Origin: the human T2T-CHM13v2.0 reference genome, Homo sapiens
Assembly (NCBI RefSeq): GCF_009914755.1
Contig: NC_060928.1
Reading direction: 5' to 3' (one strand)
DNA: 64,000 nucleotides
Shown: one piece after another, positions 14,801 through 26,120 of the stretch
Layout: the number at the start of each line of letters is the position of its first letter
How positions within the stretch are numbered: position 1 is the stretch's first letter
Notes under the pieces: generated by a model
Database searches by the model: none
The model's input: the letters and a program-made list of their open reading frames with translations, nothing else
What the model was told of the DNA's origin: nothing
Position numbers and translations under genes: made by a program

Positions 14801-16019
14801 TTTATAACTATAAAATGAAAATAACATATCTCAATAAAAAATAAGCATTCAAGCAAAAATAAAATTATTGGTAAATTATAACAATTTATGATCTTAAAAT
14901 GTTTTCTAACATCAGGATATTAGTAGTGAAAAGGAGCTGAATCACAGAAACAAAATTCCAACAAAGAGTTAATTTACTAATAGAATTCAATGAAAGAGAC
15001 ACACTTCATGCTATACATTTTAGAGCATGATCATTTAGGAATGAAGGAGTAGCTTATGCTGATGGTGAGACTTAGGATAAATCTCATTCTAACCTCATAG
15101 TCCTGAGATAAAATTCTAAGCATCCTCACTAATACGGCCAAGCTTGAAGAGAAGCAGTTTGAGGAGGTAGTATTCTCTTTTCTCTGTTGCAAGTAGAGGG
15201 GAAGAAAACATGGTTTTGGGGGAGATTCAGGTGAAACATGGGTATTGAAAAGTTCAGACTGATGCCCTCAGATGAAAGCGTTGCCTCGACGTCTTCACAC
15301 TGAGTGGTGAATAAGATCCAAAGCCTGTTTCAGCTGTTCCCTTAGTGCACTGCATGAGGAATGGATACAAGCCTCTACCAGAGTTAAGCCCAGCAATAGA
15401 TATCTTGACAGAGCTGAGCAGAATTCCTTCATCAAAATGTTGCACTTTCCTCCAGTTGTTCTTAAGCTCCTTTTTCCAAATGAAATAGAAGATTAAGTAG
15501 ACTGTACCTAATCACTCAATTATAGCTCAGTTTGGCAAATCCGTTTTAGAAAAGTGAAAATGGAATCAAGAATTCACTCTTCCCACATCAGAGTAAATAG
15601 TAACCAGTACATAAACTATGAACCATGTAAATAATCAGAAAAAAAATAAAGGCATGAGAATTATGCAAATATCTTATGTTAAGAAAAGGAAGAAGAAAGG
15701 AAGGGGGAGAGGAAGGGAGGAGGAAGAGAGAGACAGAAATAGAGAAAGAGAGACACACACAGACAGAGGTAATAAACAAGTTTGGAAAGAGAAATAACCT
15801 AAAAAACAGAGGAAATTTTCCCCAAATGCTTCACATTATACAAGTGTTTATTAAGACATAAACATAACTTAAATGTTTACTAAATGTTTTTACTTTTTTA
15901 TATTAAATGTATATTGTTATTCAATGTTTATTAAATAATAAACAATATAATAAACAAAAATGAAGATAGTTGTTGAAGAGGTAGGCTAAGATGTCAGAGG
16001 GCTTAATTTTTGCAGCTTT

Positions 16020-16225
16020 TTAAAAATTTTATAATTAATTTTTGTGGATACATAGTAGGTTTATATATTTATGTGATACATGAGGTGTTTTTTATAGGCA
16101 AACAATGTGTAATAATCACATCACAGATAATGGGCTATTCATCCCCTAAAGCATTTATCCTTTGTGTTACAAACAATCCAGTTACTCTCTTTTAGTTATT
16201 TTAAAATGTACAATTAAGTTATTCA
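16020..16225 (-). mobile_element. L1 (L1MA/PB-like) 3' end fragment
   Basis: aatttttgtggatacatagtagg..tatatatttat...gttacaaacaatcca..tactc. Confidence 0.75.
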
Positions 16226-16495
16226 AAGGGCTTATTTCCTCTTCTTTCTTAATAGCAAATGAACACATACTGACTGAAATAAAAGCAGGTGCTTAGGAAA
16301 TAATTCCATGCTTTTAATGTTTTCAATAATTTTTGCAGATTTAGTGATTGTTTAGAAAGTTATATCTCACTTTGATAAAACATTTTCCAAAATGCATGTT
16401 TTTCCTGCTTCATTTCAATTTTTTGTTTATAAGTTTCAAGTTTCACTAAAAAATACAATGTCACCCCATGTGACCCCATGTTAAATGAAATAATA

Positions 16496-17265
16496 TCTAT
16501 TAGTCAATCATTGCCAAATAATGCTGCATAACAACACTCTCAACATTTATTAATGACATGGTTTGGCTGTGTCACCACCCAAAAATTTCATCTTGAATTG
16601 TAATCCAAACCATAATCCCCATGTGTTGGGTGAGGGACCTCCTGGGAGGTGATTAGATCTTGGGGGCAGTTCCCCCATGCTGTTTTCATGATAGTGAGTT
16701 CTCTTGAGATCTGATGGCTTTATAAGTGTTTCTTCCCCCCTTCACTCTGCACTTTTCTCTCCTGCCACCACGTGACAAGAAAGTGTTTACTTCCCCTTCT
16801 GCCATGCTTGTAAGTTTCCTGAGGCCTCCCCAGCCATGCAGAACTGTGAGTCAATTAAACTTCTTTTCTTTATAAATTACCCAGTCTCAGGTATTTCTTT
16901 ATAGCAGAGTGAGAATTAATATAAGTAGCTTCCAACAAGAAGCGTTAATTTCTCACTGAAGGATCTGTGGATTGTCTGGACTCAGTTGGATTTGCCAACA
17001 CAGCATGGATTGGATTCAAATCTGCTGCATGTTTTCCCCTGGTGATAGCAGAAGTCAAAGAAATCAAACCCATCTGTGCAAGCACATTTGAAGCCTTAAT
17101 ACACATTACAGGCACTTTTTTCACCTTTTGTTCAAGCAAGACATATGACAAAGACTAAATTCAACAAGTGGGAAAATATACTCCCGTCGCCATTAGGCCG
17201 TGGCAAAAGTACAGATGTCAAATATTACTGTATGAGGCAGAACTGAGACCAATGATTCTATCACA
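16496..17265. mobile_element. Old MLT1-type MaLR LTR interrupted by a THE1/MST LTR
   Basis: tattagtc...ataatgctgcataacaac at the start; the sequence resumes after the insert. Confidence 0.5.
16554..16923 (+). mobile_element. THE1/MST-type MaLR solo LTR
   Basis: tgacatggtttggctgtgtc...aagtttcctgaggcctccccagccatg...taaattacccagtctcaggtatttctttatagca. Confidence 0.9.
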
Positions 17266-17431
17266 TCATCCATTTTTTTTTACCTATATTCTTCTATTCA
17301 TAGAGAGTAGCTTGAAATGACGTACACTGAGGTGACAGAATTTGGGGGATTTTTCTTTTACTTTATTCCTCGTTTGGCGGGAGGGGGAGAAAAACTTTAT
17401 TTCTTAAATACTACATTATATACAACTATAA

Positions 17432-18640
17432 TTTTTTAAAAGAAAACAGCCTTATTGCGATACAATTCACATATTGAAAAATTCACCCTTTTGAAGTGTA
17501 TAAATCTTTGGTTTTTAGTATATTCACACTTTTACAACTATTACCACTATCTAATTTCAGAATATTTTCATTACTCTGGGAAAACCTGAGCCCATTAGCA
17601 GTCTTTCCCCATTTATCCCCTTTCTGTAGCCCTTGGCAGCACTAACCTAGTTTCTGTGTCTATTGATCTGTTGATGCTGACTATTTCATATAAATGGAAT
17701 CATAGAATATGAATGGCTTCTTTCACCTAGCATAATGTTTTCTGGGTTGATCCATACTGTAGGGTGTATAAGTACTTCATTCCTTTTAATTACCTAATAA
17801 TATTCCATTGCTTAGATATACCATACTTTGTTCATCCATTTATCAGTTGACTGATGTTTTGGCAATTTCCATTTTTTGGCTATTGTGAAAAATGTGAAGA
17901 ATATTTCTGTGCAGAATTTTCAGTTCTCTTGGGTATATGCCTAGGAATGAAATTGCTGAGTCATATTTAGTCTATGTTTAACATTTGTAACAACTGCACA
18001 TTTCCCAAAGTGGCTGGAACATTTTATAATCTCACCAACAATATACCAGTTCCAATTTCTCCACATCCTCAACAACACTTTCATTTTGTTGTGGTGTCTT
18101 TGAAGCACAGATACTTTTAATTCTGATGATATCTTGCTCATCCATTTTTTTTTTTTGTAGTTTGTGCTTTTGGTGTCCTGAGAACCATGGCCTAATACAA
18201 AGACACACAAATTTTCTTCTAAATGTAAGGTTTTATCTCTTACATTTAGGTCGTTGATTCATTTTGGGTTAATTTTTACATATGGTATGAGGAAAGGTTC
18301 CAATCTTATTCCTTTCCATGTGCATATACTGTTGTCTTCACACCATTTGTCAAAAACACTATTCTTTATCCTTTGAATTTTCTTGTAATTCTTGTCAAAA
18401 ATCAGTTGACTATACATTTAAGGATCTATTTCTGGATTCTCAGTTCTATTCCATTGATCTCCGTGTCTAACTTTATTAACTTTACCACACTATTTCTGTA
18501 GCTTTGTAGTAAGTTTTGAAATCGAGTAGTGTTACTTTGCACTTCTTCGAGATTTTGTTTTGGGAGTCTTGCATTTCCATATGAATATTAGGATCAGCTT
18601 TGTCAATTTCTGTAAAAAAGCCAGCTGGAATTGCATGTGG
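17432..18640 (-). mobile_element. L1 (L1MB-like) 3' fragment
   Basis: gatacaattcacata...ttttagtatattcaca...atatttcatataaatggaatcata matches an antisense L1M 3' UTR/ORF2 end. Confidence 0.85.
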
Positions 18641-19499
18641 AATTTTAAAAAATCATAGTTATTAATCCGAAAATACATACTCTCTATAGAAATGGTTAAA
18701 TTCTTCTTTAAATTGCATATAAATTTATATTGGATAAGATTTACTGCAACAGGTTAGCAGTTTTGGAAGAAACTGAATCTGGTATAGGTGGTGTGCAAAT
18801 GCTTTCTGAGGCAGAGAATAAAGAGATATAATTAGTATTTTAGTAAAGTGAGAGGAAATTATTGAGCTAGGTAAGTGCAGGAACAGTGCCCCACAAAGAG
18901 AACACAGTATGTGTTAGCATGGAGATATATGGAGACATCAGTATTTTCAGGAAACTGAGTGTTCACTAGAGTTGTATGTTAGGTTTGATGATGCAAAAAT
19001 CAATCAGCATTTTTTCAATCAGTCAGGATTATTCATAAGGAAATTCTAAGTCATCAATCATGGATATTTTCATATATTCATATTTTAAATATAGTTTTAA
19101 ATTCTGACAGTATTTAATCATACTATGGAAAAAGTGTCTAAGATACAAATAATACATAAATGTGTTAATCTCTGTAACTTTAAAAAGAGTTATCTGAGAT
19201 ATCTGTCATGGTACCTGAGATAGGGTTGACAGGAAAGTCATTCACTGGAAAACCAAACACATTCTCAAAGCACCGTTAAACAAAAAGTAACTGTATCACC
19301 TTGCACCAAAAGGAGGAAGACTTTTGGCTTGCTCCTTTTAGGGTTAGAGTTAGTCCTTTTGGTAGATGCCCCAACAGTACTAGTAGAATGGACTGTTTAC
19401 CACTAAAAAACACCCAGTTCCAATCTACTAACTTCATTTTATAGATTAGGTAGCTGAAGTTTAGAGATATCTAGGAACTCTAGAGTTGTTTCATATTCA

Positions 19500-20345
19500 G
19501 TGAAAAACACATTGGTTCATTTGTATATTTACTTACTCATCAATGTAAATTGTTTCTGACCCCCTAATTTGATTAAATTCCTAACTAGGCATTGAGGGAA
19601 AGAAGAATGAGATAATTCTTGCTAGCAGTGCAATTAGACTGGGGGTCTAATGAGAAATCAAAATGGGAGCAAGTCATTATAATATGATATGACAATATTT
19701 GTAATTGAATATCCTTGGAAGCATAATGGAAATGGTGCCAGTGGGACTGAAGGTAGGAAAGAAAGCTTCACTGAGAAGTCCAGTTGAGCTGAGACTTAAG
19801 CAGAAGTGACAGAGATAGGTAAGTGTAGGAACAGCACTCCAACAGTGCTCCAAAGAAAACACAGCATGGGCCAGCACAGAAATTTGAGGGATATTGGTAT
19901 TTTCAGGAAATCACAAGTATTCATAATATTGAATTGTATTATGTTTAATGGTACAAAATGAGCATAAAATAGCTGTATTATGTTTAATGGTACAAAATGA
20001 GCAGAAAATAGTAAACAATGGCATTTTGAAGGATTCTGTCCACGATACAAAGATTAAAGTTTAATCATGTGGAGTTGCATCATAAAATTTCCACCCAAGT
20101 GACAATCAGATTTGTCTGAAAGACCCCTCTGTTAGTGGAGTAAAGGATGGATCAGAGGAGAGGGAGAACAGAGACAGGGAGAGGGGGAGTCAAAAAATGG
20201 AGCTGTTGCAGGATAAAGGCGGTGAGGCGTGATGAGGGTTTGTATTAGGGCAGGAGCTACAGAAATGGAGAGGGAGAGACAAATACAAGACAGATCAAAA
20301 AATCAAAGTCAATGAGACTTCCTGATAGATTACATATGGGGCATG
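19500..20345 (-). mobile_element. Degenerate L2 fragment
   Basis: L2-like 3' region with a purine-rich plus strand. Confidence 0.45.
19935..20011. repeat. 39-bp tandem duplication
   Basis: tgtattatgtttaatggtacaaaatgagca.aaaatag at 19935 and 19974. Confidence 0.9.
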
Positions 20346-20378
20346 TAGGGAAAACAGTATGTAAAGCAAGTGATCTAT

Positions 20379-20731
20379 TGCAATGGATTAAATGTTTGTG
20401 TCCCCGCAAAGTCATATTTGACTAACCCCCAATGGGATGGTATTAAAAGGTGGAATCTTTGGGAGGTAATCAGGTCATGAGGGTGGAGGATTGTGAATGA
20501 ATAGGATTGTGCCCATACAAAAGGGTCCACAGAGAGTTATCTCACCATCTTTTCCATAAAGTGAGGACATCACAGAGATGACAGTCTGCAATTCAGAAGA
20601 CAGCCTTCACCAGAACCAGACCATACTGGTACCCTGATGGTGGACTTCCAACATCCAACGGTGAGAAGTAAGTTTCTGTTGTTTAAAAGCTCGCCAGCCT
20701 GTAGTATTTTGTTACAGCATCTGAACTAAGA
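20379..20731 (+). mobile_element. MLT1A/MST-type MaLR solo LTR
   Basis: tgcaatggattaaatgtttgtgtcccc...ggtcatgagggtggag...tattttgttacagca..tgaactaaga. Confidence 0.85.
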
Positions 20732-20934
20732 GTTCTGCTGTATTTTCAATTTTCCTTCTCCTTCTTGTGAATGTAAAGGATGTCATAATTTTTAACTGTG
20801 TTTATAATGCATAATTGGAACAGTCCGACATATCAGAAGGGAGGCTATCACATTATGCTTTTAGAGATAAGGATATTACCTTAAGTGTAAAACTTGCATT
20901 TTCTGCCTTTTCTTAAACCAAATCACAAGCAGAA

Positions 20935-21956
20935 GTCAATGCACCTGGAGACAGGGATGCACCGAGGGTAACCAAACCATAGTCAATGCACCTGGAGACA
21001 GGGATACACCGAGGGTAACCAAACCATAGTCAATGCACCTGGAGACAGGGATGCACCGAGGGTAACCAAACCACGTTCAATGCGCCTGGAGACAGGGATG
21101 CACCGAGGGTAACCAAACCACGGTCAATGCACCTGGAGACAGGGATACACCGAGGGTAACCAAACCATAGTCAATGCACCTGGAGACAGGGATGCACCGA
21201 GGGTAACCAAACCATGGTCAATGCACCTGGAGACAGGGATGCACCGAGGGACCAAACCACGGTCAATGCACCTGGAGACAGGGATGCACCGAGGGTAACC
21301 AAACCACGTTCAATGCGCCTGGAGACAGGGATGCACCGAGGGTAACCAAACCACGGTCAATGCACCTGGAGACAGGGATACACCGAGGGTAACCAAACCA
21401 TAGTCAATGCACCTGGAGACAGGGATGCACCGAGGGTAACCAAACCATGGTCAATGCACCTGGAGACAGGGATGCACCGAGGGACCAAACCACGGTCAAT
21501 GCACCTAGAGACAGGGATACACCGAGGGTAACCAAACCATAGTCAATGCACCTGGAGACAGGGATACACCGAGGGTAACCAAACCATAGTCAATGCACCT
21601 GGAGACAGGGATGCACCGAGGGTAACCAAACCACGTTCAATGCGCCTGGAGACAGGGATGCACCGAGGGTAACCAAACCACGGTCAATGCACCTGGAGAC
21701 AGGGATACACCGAGGGTAACCAAACCATAGTCAATGCACCTGGAGACAGGGATGCACCGAGGGTAACCAAACGATGGTCAATGCACCTGGAGACAGGGAT
21801 GCACCGAGGGACCAAACCACGGTCAATGCACCTGGAGACAGGGATGCACCGAGGGTAACCAAACCACGGTCAATGCACCTGGAGACAGGGATGCACCGAG
21901 GGTAACCAAACCATGGTCAATGCACCTGGAGACAGGGATGCACCGAGGGTAACCAA
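20935..21956. repeat. Minisatellite/VNTR: 22 units of 47 bp (three are 45 bp, the last is truncated)
   Basis: Unit GTCAATGCACCTGGAGACAGGGATGCACCGAGGGTAACCAAACCA(TA/CG/TG); unit starts at 20935, 20982, 21029 and onward. Confidence 0.98.
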
Positions 21957-22069
21957 GTCATAGCCAGGATGTTTCTCACAGTGTAGCTTCTCATTACTTT
22001 GGTCTTTGCACCTTTACCAAGTGCACATGAGAATTATTAGATGAGGGAGGGAATGTAGAAATGGGATGC

Positions 22070-22128
22070 AGAAATGAAAAATGTAGACATGAACACCTGC
22101 CTCATGACATTTAAGGCTTGCTTTTATT
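22070..22128 (-). terminator. Distal polyadenylation signal AATAAA (22123-22128) with a U/GU-rich downstream element
   Basis: Minus-strand AATAAA followed about 25 nt later by gtgttcatgtctacatttttcatttct. Confidence 0.6.
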
Positions 22129-22265
22129 TTAGTAAACATCACTGGGCAAAACAGCCCATGTCTCAAGGACAAAGGCTTGAAACAGATATCATACACAAAA
22201 CGGTGTGTGGTCAATACAGTCAATACTTACTGTACTTCTCAGAAATTAGGGTCATGTGCTATTTA

Positions 22266-22290
22266 TGTGTGTGTGTGTGTGTGTGTGTGT
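22266..22290. repeat. (TG)12 microsatellite inside the extended 3' UTR
   Basis: Read directly. Confidence 0.9.
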
Positions 22291-23249
22291 TTAGTAAAAT
22301 ACACAGGACGATCTATGAGTAAGTGATTATAAAGTGGTTAGTCCTCACATGGTAACCACTCACCGACTGGCAACTGAGGACTGCTACCCTTATGATCTCT
22401 TCTGGCTGTCAAGATTTTATAAGTAAACAAAAAATAAATATTAAAAAAGGGAAAATATATTTCGTTCAAAGATGGGAAACAATGGATTAAACACAGTTAA
22501 ACAGGCTATTTACTAAGACTTAGTAGTCTTTACTATACTAATGAAAGTTGTAAACTGCCAACTACTTACTACGTTGCATATTCCATATATCTAGTTGGCC
22601 TCTATATGGATAGGACAAAACCAGGAAAAGGTAAGGAAGTAAGACAGAACACATAGGCTCATTTTGTTTCTTTGTTTTCCACATAGTTGGAGGCAGGGCA
22701 GAACTGCAGGTGTCAAAGCACAGGAAAAGGGTGCTTGCCTGAAGAGCAGTCTGAAGACAGAAGGCCCTGGACACTAGACATCTCTGCCAAGTTGAAAGGC
22801 TGAGGAAAGGATGCTGAAGATACCAGCCCTGAATAGGAATCTATGTCTGGAACTGAGGAACCATATCTTGAAGTGTGCAATGTACAATAATCCATGCACC
22901 AAATCAATTTATGCTCACCCCATTTAGTAGTTGCCAGTGACAATGAAGACATGAGTGGAAACCTGCAAGTTTTTTTCCAGTTTCATACTACCATACCACC
23001 TATCACCAAGCATTTCATAAACCATACAACTTTCAAGTCAGGTGAAACTTAAATTACCAGAAATCTGTATTAAGACCAGTAAGAAAAATAAAACCATTGC
23101 TCAAAGGCATTGGAAACAAGAGGCAGAGAAGGCTCACAGGTATCTTCCCTTTTTTTGTCTTTTGAATTGACATATGCTTTTGCTAAATGAAAATCATAAC
23201 AGAAAATTTTATCTTTCATTTTCTCAGAGTCCAAGAAATAAATCTTGAG

Positions 23250-23296
23250 CACACACACACATAATTTTCTCCCCAAAATAGCCACATTCTTTTATT
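23250..23296 (-). terminator. Polyadenylation signal AATAAA (23291-23296) with a GU-repeat downstream element; probable major site
   Basis: Minus strand reads aatAAAagaatgtggctattttggggagaaaatt followed by atgtgtgtgtgtg, a CstF-type GU-rich element. Confidence 0.8.
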
Positions 23297-23675
23297 TGAT
23301 GATTCAATACATTTTTGATTCAAATAGTCACCACATAACCTAGGCACGATATTAAGCATTTTACAAGCAAAATATTTTACTGATTTTCTTTTAAATTGCC
23401 AGAGTACAATAAGTGAACTGGTTAAGAGACATACTTCTGTACATAAAAATATCCATGTATTTATACAAGTGTATGGAACAGAGTTTAAGATAATAAAACC
23501 ACAACATCACAATAAATAGGATGTGTTCCTACTGCACAGCACAGCACGCTTTATCAGGAAGCTGCCAAGTCTTTTTCAAGGTGCTTTATGTTTTTCTGAG
23601 CTAGGCTCAGATTTCCCCAAAAAAGGAATAGGTTAGTAATGGCTGGATCTGAATGTCTACTTTCATAAGTTGCTT

Positions 23676-23681
23676 TTTATT
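23676..23681 (-). terminator. Candidate proximal polyadenylation hexamer AATAAA
   Basis: tttatt on the plus strand; the downstream element is weak. Confidence 0.35.
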
Positions 23682-23796
23682 TTCATCTCCAATAACAGGA
23701 ATGGAAGATATGATAATTTAATTATTTTCAAAAAGTCTTTGCAACTTACCAATTCTATTCCAATTCAGTTTTTTAAAATGCAGATTAATCTAACTC

Positions 23797-23804
23797 TAGC
23801 ACCA
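23797..23804 (-). promoter_or_regulatory. miR-29 family 8mer seed site (UGGUGCUA) in the PDGFC 3' UTR
   Basis: Plus strand TAGCACCA equals miR-29 nt 1-8. PDGFC is a recognised miR-29 target. Confidence 0.75.
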
Positions 23805-24740
23805 TACGAGAATGAAATACATGTATTTTTGTCAGAGCAACAATATTTTATATCATCTTTGTTCCTCTGGCTATAACAATTGTGTTTAGAAAAATTTACC
23901 AAGCTAAAAATAGTTGATCTAAGTTGTCATAAAAAAGAATATTAAATACCTTTGGTAAAAATAGATATATTTAACAAGATTAGAAAAGCCAACAGTTATA
24001 ATGTCAAAAGGAGAATATAAAAATGTACACAATGAAACAAATAAACTGACTTATCGATAAAGTGAAGATAAGGCCACTCTTCTTTTCAGGTTTATCTCTT
24101 CCAAACCATGAATGTAGTTCTCTTCTTCTAAATGGCAGAAATTTTAATAAGAAATATGAAAAATCCAGTCTGTCCTATCAGCACGACACAAGTTTAATTC
24201 ATAGCAACATAGTTCCTTTTTAAAAACCAGGTTTGTAGTACATAGAATGTTCTGGTTTACATATGTGAATATGAGCAAAAAAAAAAAAAAAAATCCAGAT
24301 TTTATACGATTTTAGGCCCAGGACATGGAGCTTTAGAGTTAAGCAAGGCAACGGAATCAGGTGCTCACTTGCACAGTTTTTTTCCTGTACTGACATTACC
24401 CTAAGCCGTATCGAAAGAACTGAAATACAGAACCCAGCTAGTGGAATACGTACATGGTAACTCTGAAACTAGCTGGTGATCTATTTAATACAACATTTAA
24501 TTTTCTTTCCACGATTGAAGACCTTTTCTCCTGTCCTTTAGGCCTCCTCTCAAAAGAGCTGTTGCACAACTCCTAATTCTGTTTGATGTCTCCTCTTTCA
24601 GAATGCACTGTAAATCCTGAAGATGAAAGGTCCTTGAAGCAAACAACTGAGATTAAGGATGGAGATAACGCATACGTTCTCTAATAGAATCAGCCACTGC
24701 ACTGCACAGCTCTGGGCAAGAGCTGCTGGTGGTGATGCGG

Positions 24741-24857
24741 CTATCCTCCTGTGCTCCCTCTGCACACACAGTCACACTCCTCATGGTGCTCCAGGGCCAC
24801 GTCGGTGAGTGATTTGTGCAATCCCCTGACACCGGTCTTTGGTCTCAACTGAAGGAC
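24741..24857 (-). CDS. PDGFC: PDGFC exon 6 coding part (38 aa plus TAG stop)
   Basis: Acceptor cttattccctttcag|GTC. Translates VLQLRPKTGVRGLHKSLTDVALEHHEECDCVCRGSTGG*. Absent from the ORF track because it is short. Confidence 0.97.
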   Translation of the reverse strand, partial: VLQLRPKTGVRGLHKSLTDVALEHHEECDCVCRGSTGG

Positions 24858-25964
24858 CTGAAAGGGAATAAGAGTAAGCCACTTTTAAAAATCAACGAAT
24901 GTCTATGACTGGCTTTTATAAACAAGTAACGTTTTAGAAAAGAATCTTGGGGCCCAAGAAAGACACATATTTTAATTTTTCCTAGAGCACGCATTATGAA
25001 AACACTCTCCCACCAAAAAAAAAAAAAAAAAAAAATCATCATTTCATGAAAGCACAGACATTTTAATGCCAACAATTTGGAAGCATTCTGTCTCTGAATA
25101 AGGAACAGTACTTAAATGGAAAGACTCACCACGCAATTGTTATTTTATTTATCTGACTATTTTAGAATTTCACCTTAAGTATTTTGGAACTACCAATATA
25201 AAATTCGTTTTTCTGTTTGTCGCTTTCTTTCATTCATTCATTTATTCACACATTTAACAAATATTTATACTTGATGCAATACACTCAAGTGCAGAAATAC
25301 TGTGGAAAGAAACATGATCACTCCACAGCTGAGTCTGCTCAATTATGCCACTCATTAATTTTCTTGGCTACACTTCAAGTCCTCTATAAACTTGATGAGA
25401 TGGATTAGATGTACTTCATAGACATCAGCCCCAGTCACAGCTAACTTCCTGCAGCTGGATCCTACTGTGCAGTGAGAAGAGGTTTGGCAATAATAACAAT
25501 GATGCCTCTATTAAATAAAGTTATCTGCAGTTCAGATTGTCAAGGTTTTAATAAAAATACAGCAAGATTGACACTTATGCTACACATATTTCCTCTTAAT
25601 ACTATGACAAAAAGATGCAGTTGTGTATTCTATAAAATATTAATTAAAGTATTTGGTGTTGCTACCTATTTAAGTGTATTACATTTTATTTCTTATGATA
25701 GAAACAATAAAGTTTAGGAAATTGTATTTTGTTTGGATTATGAACAAAGGCCAGAGCACAAAATAATATGAAATTTTCTAGCATCTCTACTTTTTGGATA
25801 CGACATAGATAACCTCATAAAGCCATTTCTAAAAGCTACCAGTCCTAAAAATGTTCATTAATCCAAAAAGGCACAAGTCAAGTCTTATGACTGTTCTATT
25901 TAAAGACTTAAAAGAAAAACAGAGAATGCATACCTCACTGGAGTATGTGGTAATATCAGAGGTT

Positions 25965-26120
25965 AATTAGCTAACATTTTTTGAATGCTTACTGGGTGCC
26001 AGGCACAATAATAACGTTTTTACATACTTTAACTCACAAGAATTCTATGAAGTAATTTACAATTATTACCCCTATTTTACACATGAGTGAACAGAGGCTT
26101 AGACAGAGTAAGTGACACAG
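25965..26120 (-). mobile_element. MIR fragment
   Basis: gtgccaggcac...attacccctattttacacatgag..aacagaggcttaga. Confidence 0.7.

Larger units (their letters stand above)
22105..24740 (-). other. PDGFC: PDGFC 3' UTR (about 1.5 kb to the middle site, about 2.6 kb to the distal site)
   Basis: Follows the stop codon, has no recognisable transposons, is AU-rich, and has a U tract at 24277-24293 and AATAAA hexamers on the minus strand. Confidence 0.8.

Noticed and set aside
20935-21956. CRISPR-like array
   Set aside because: Units are contiguous with no unique spacers, there are no cas genes, and the context is mammalian. It is a minisatellite.
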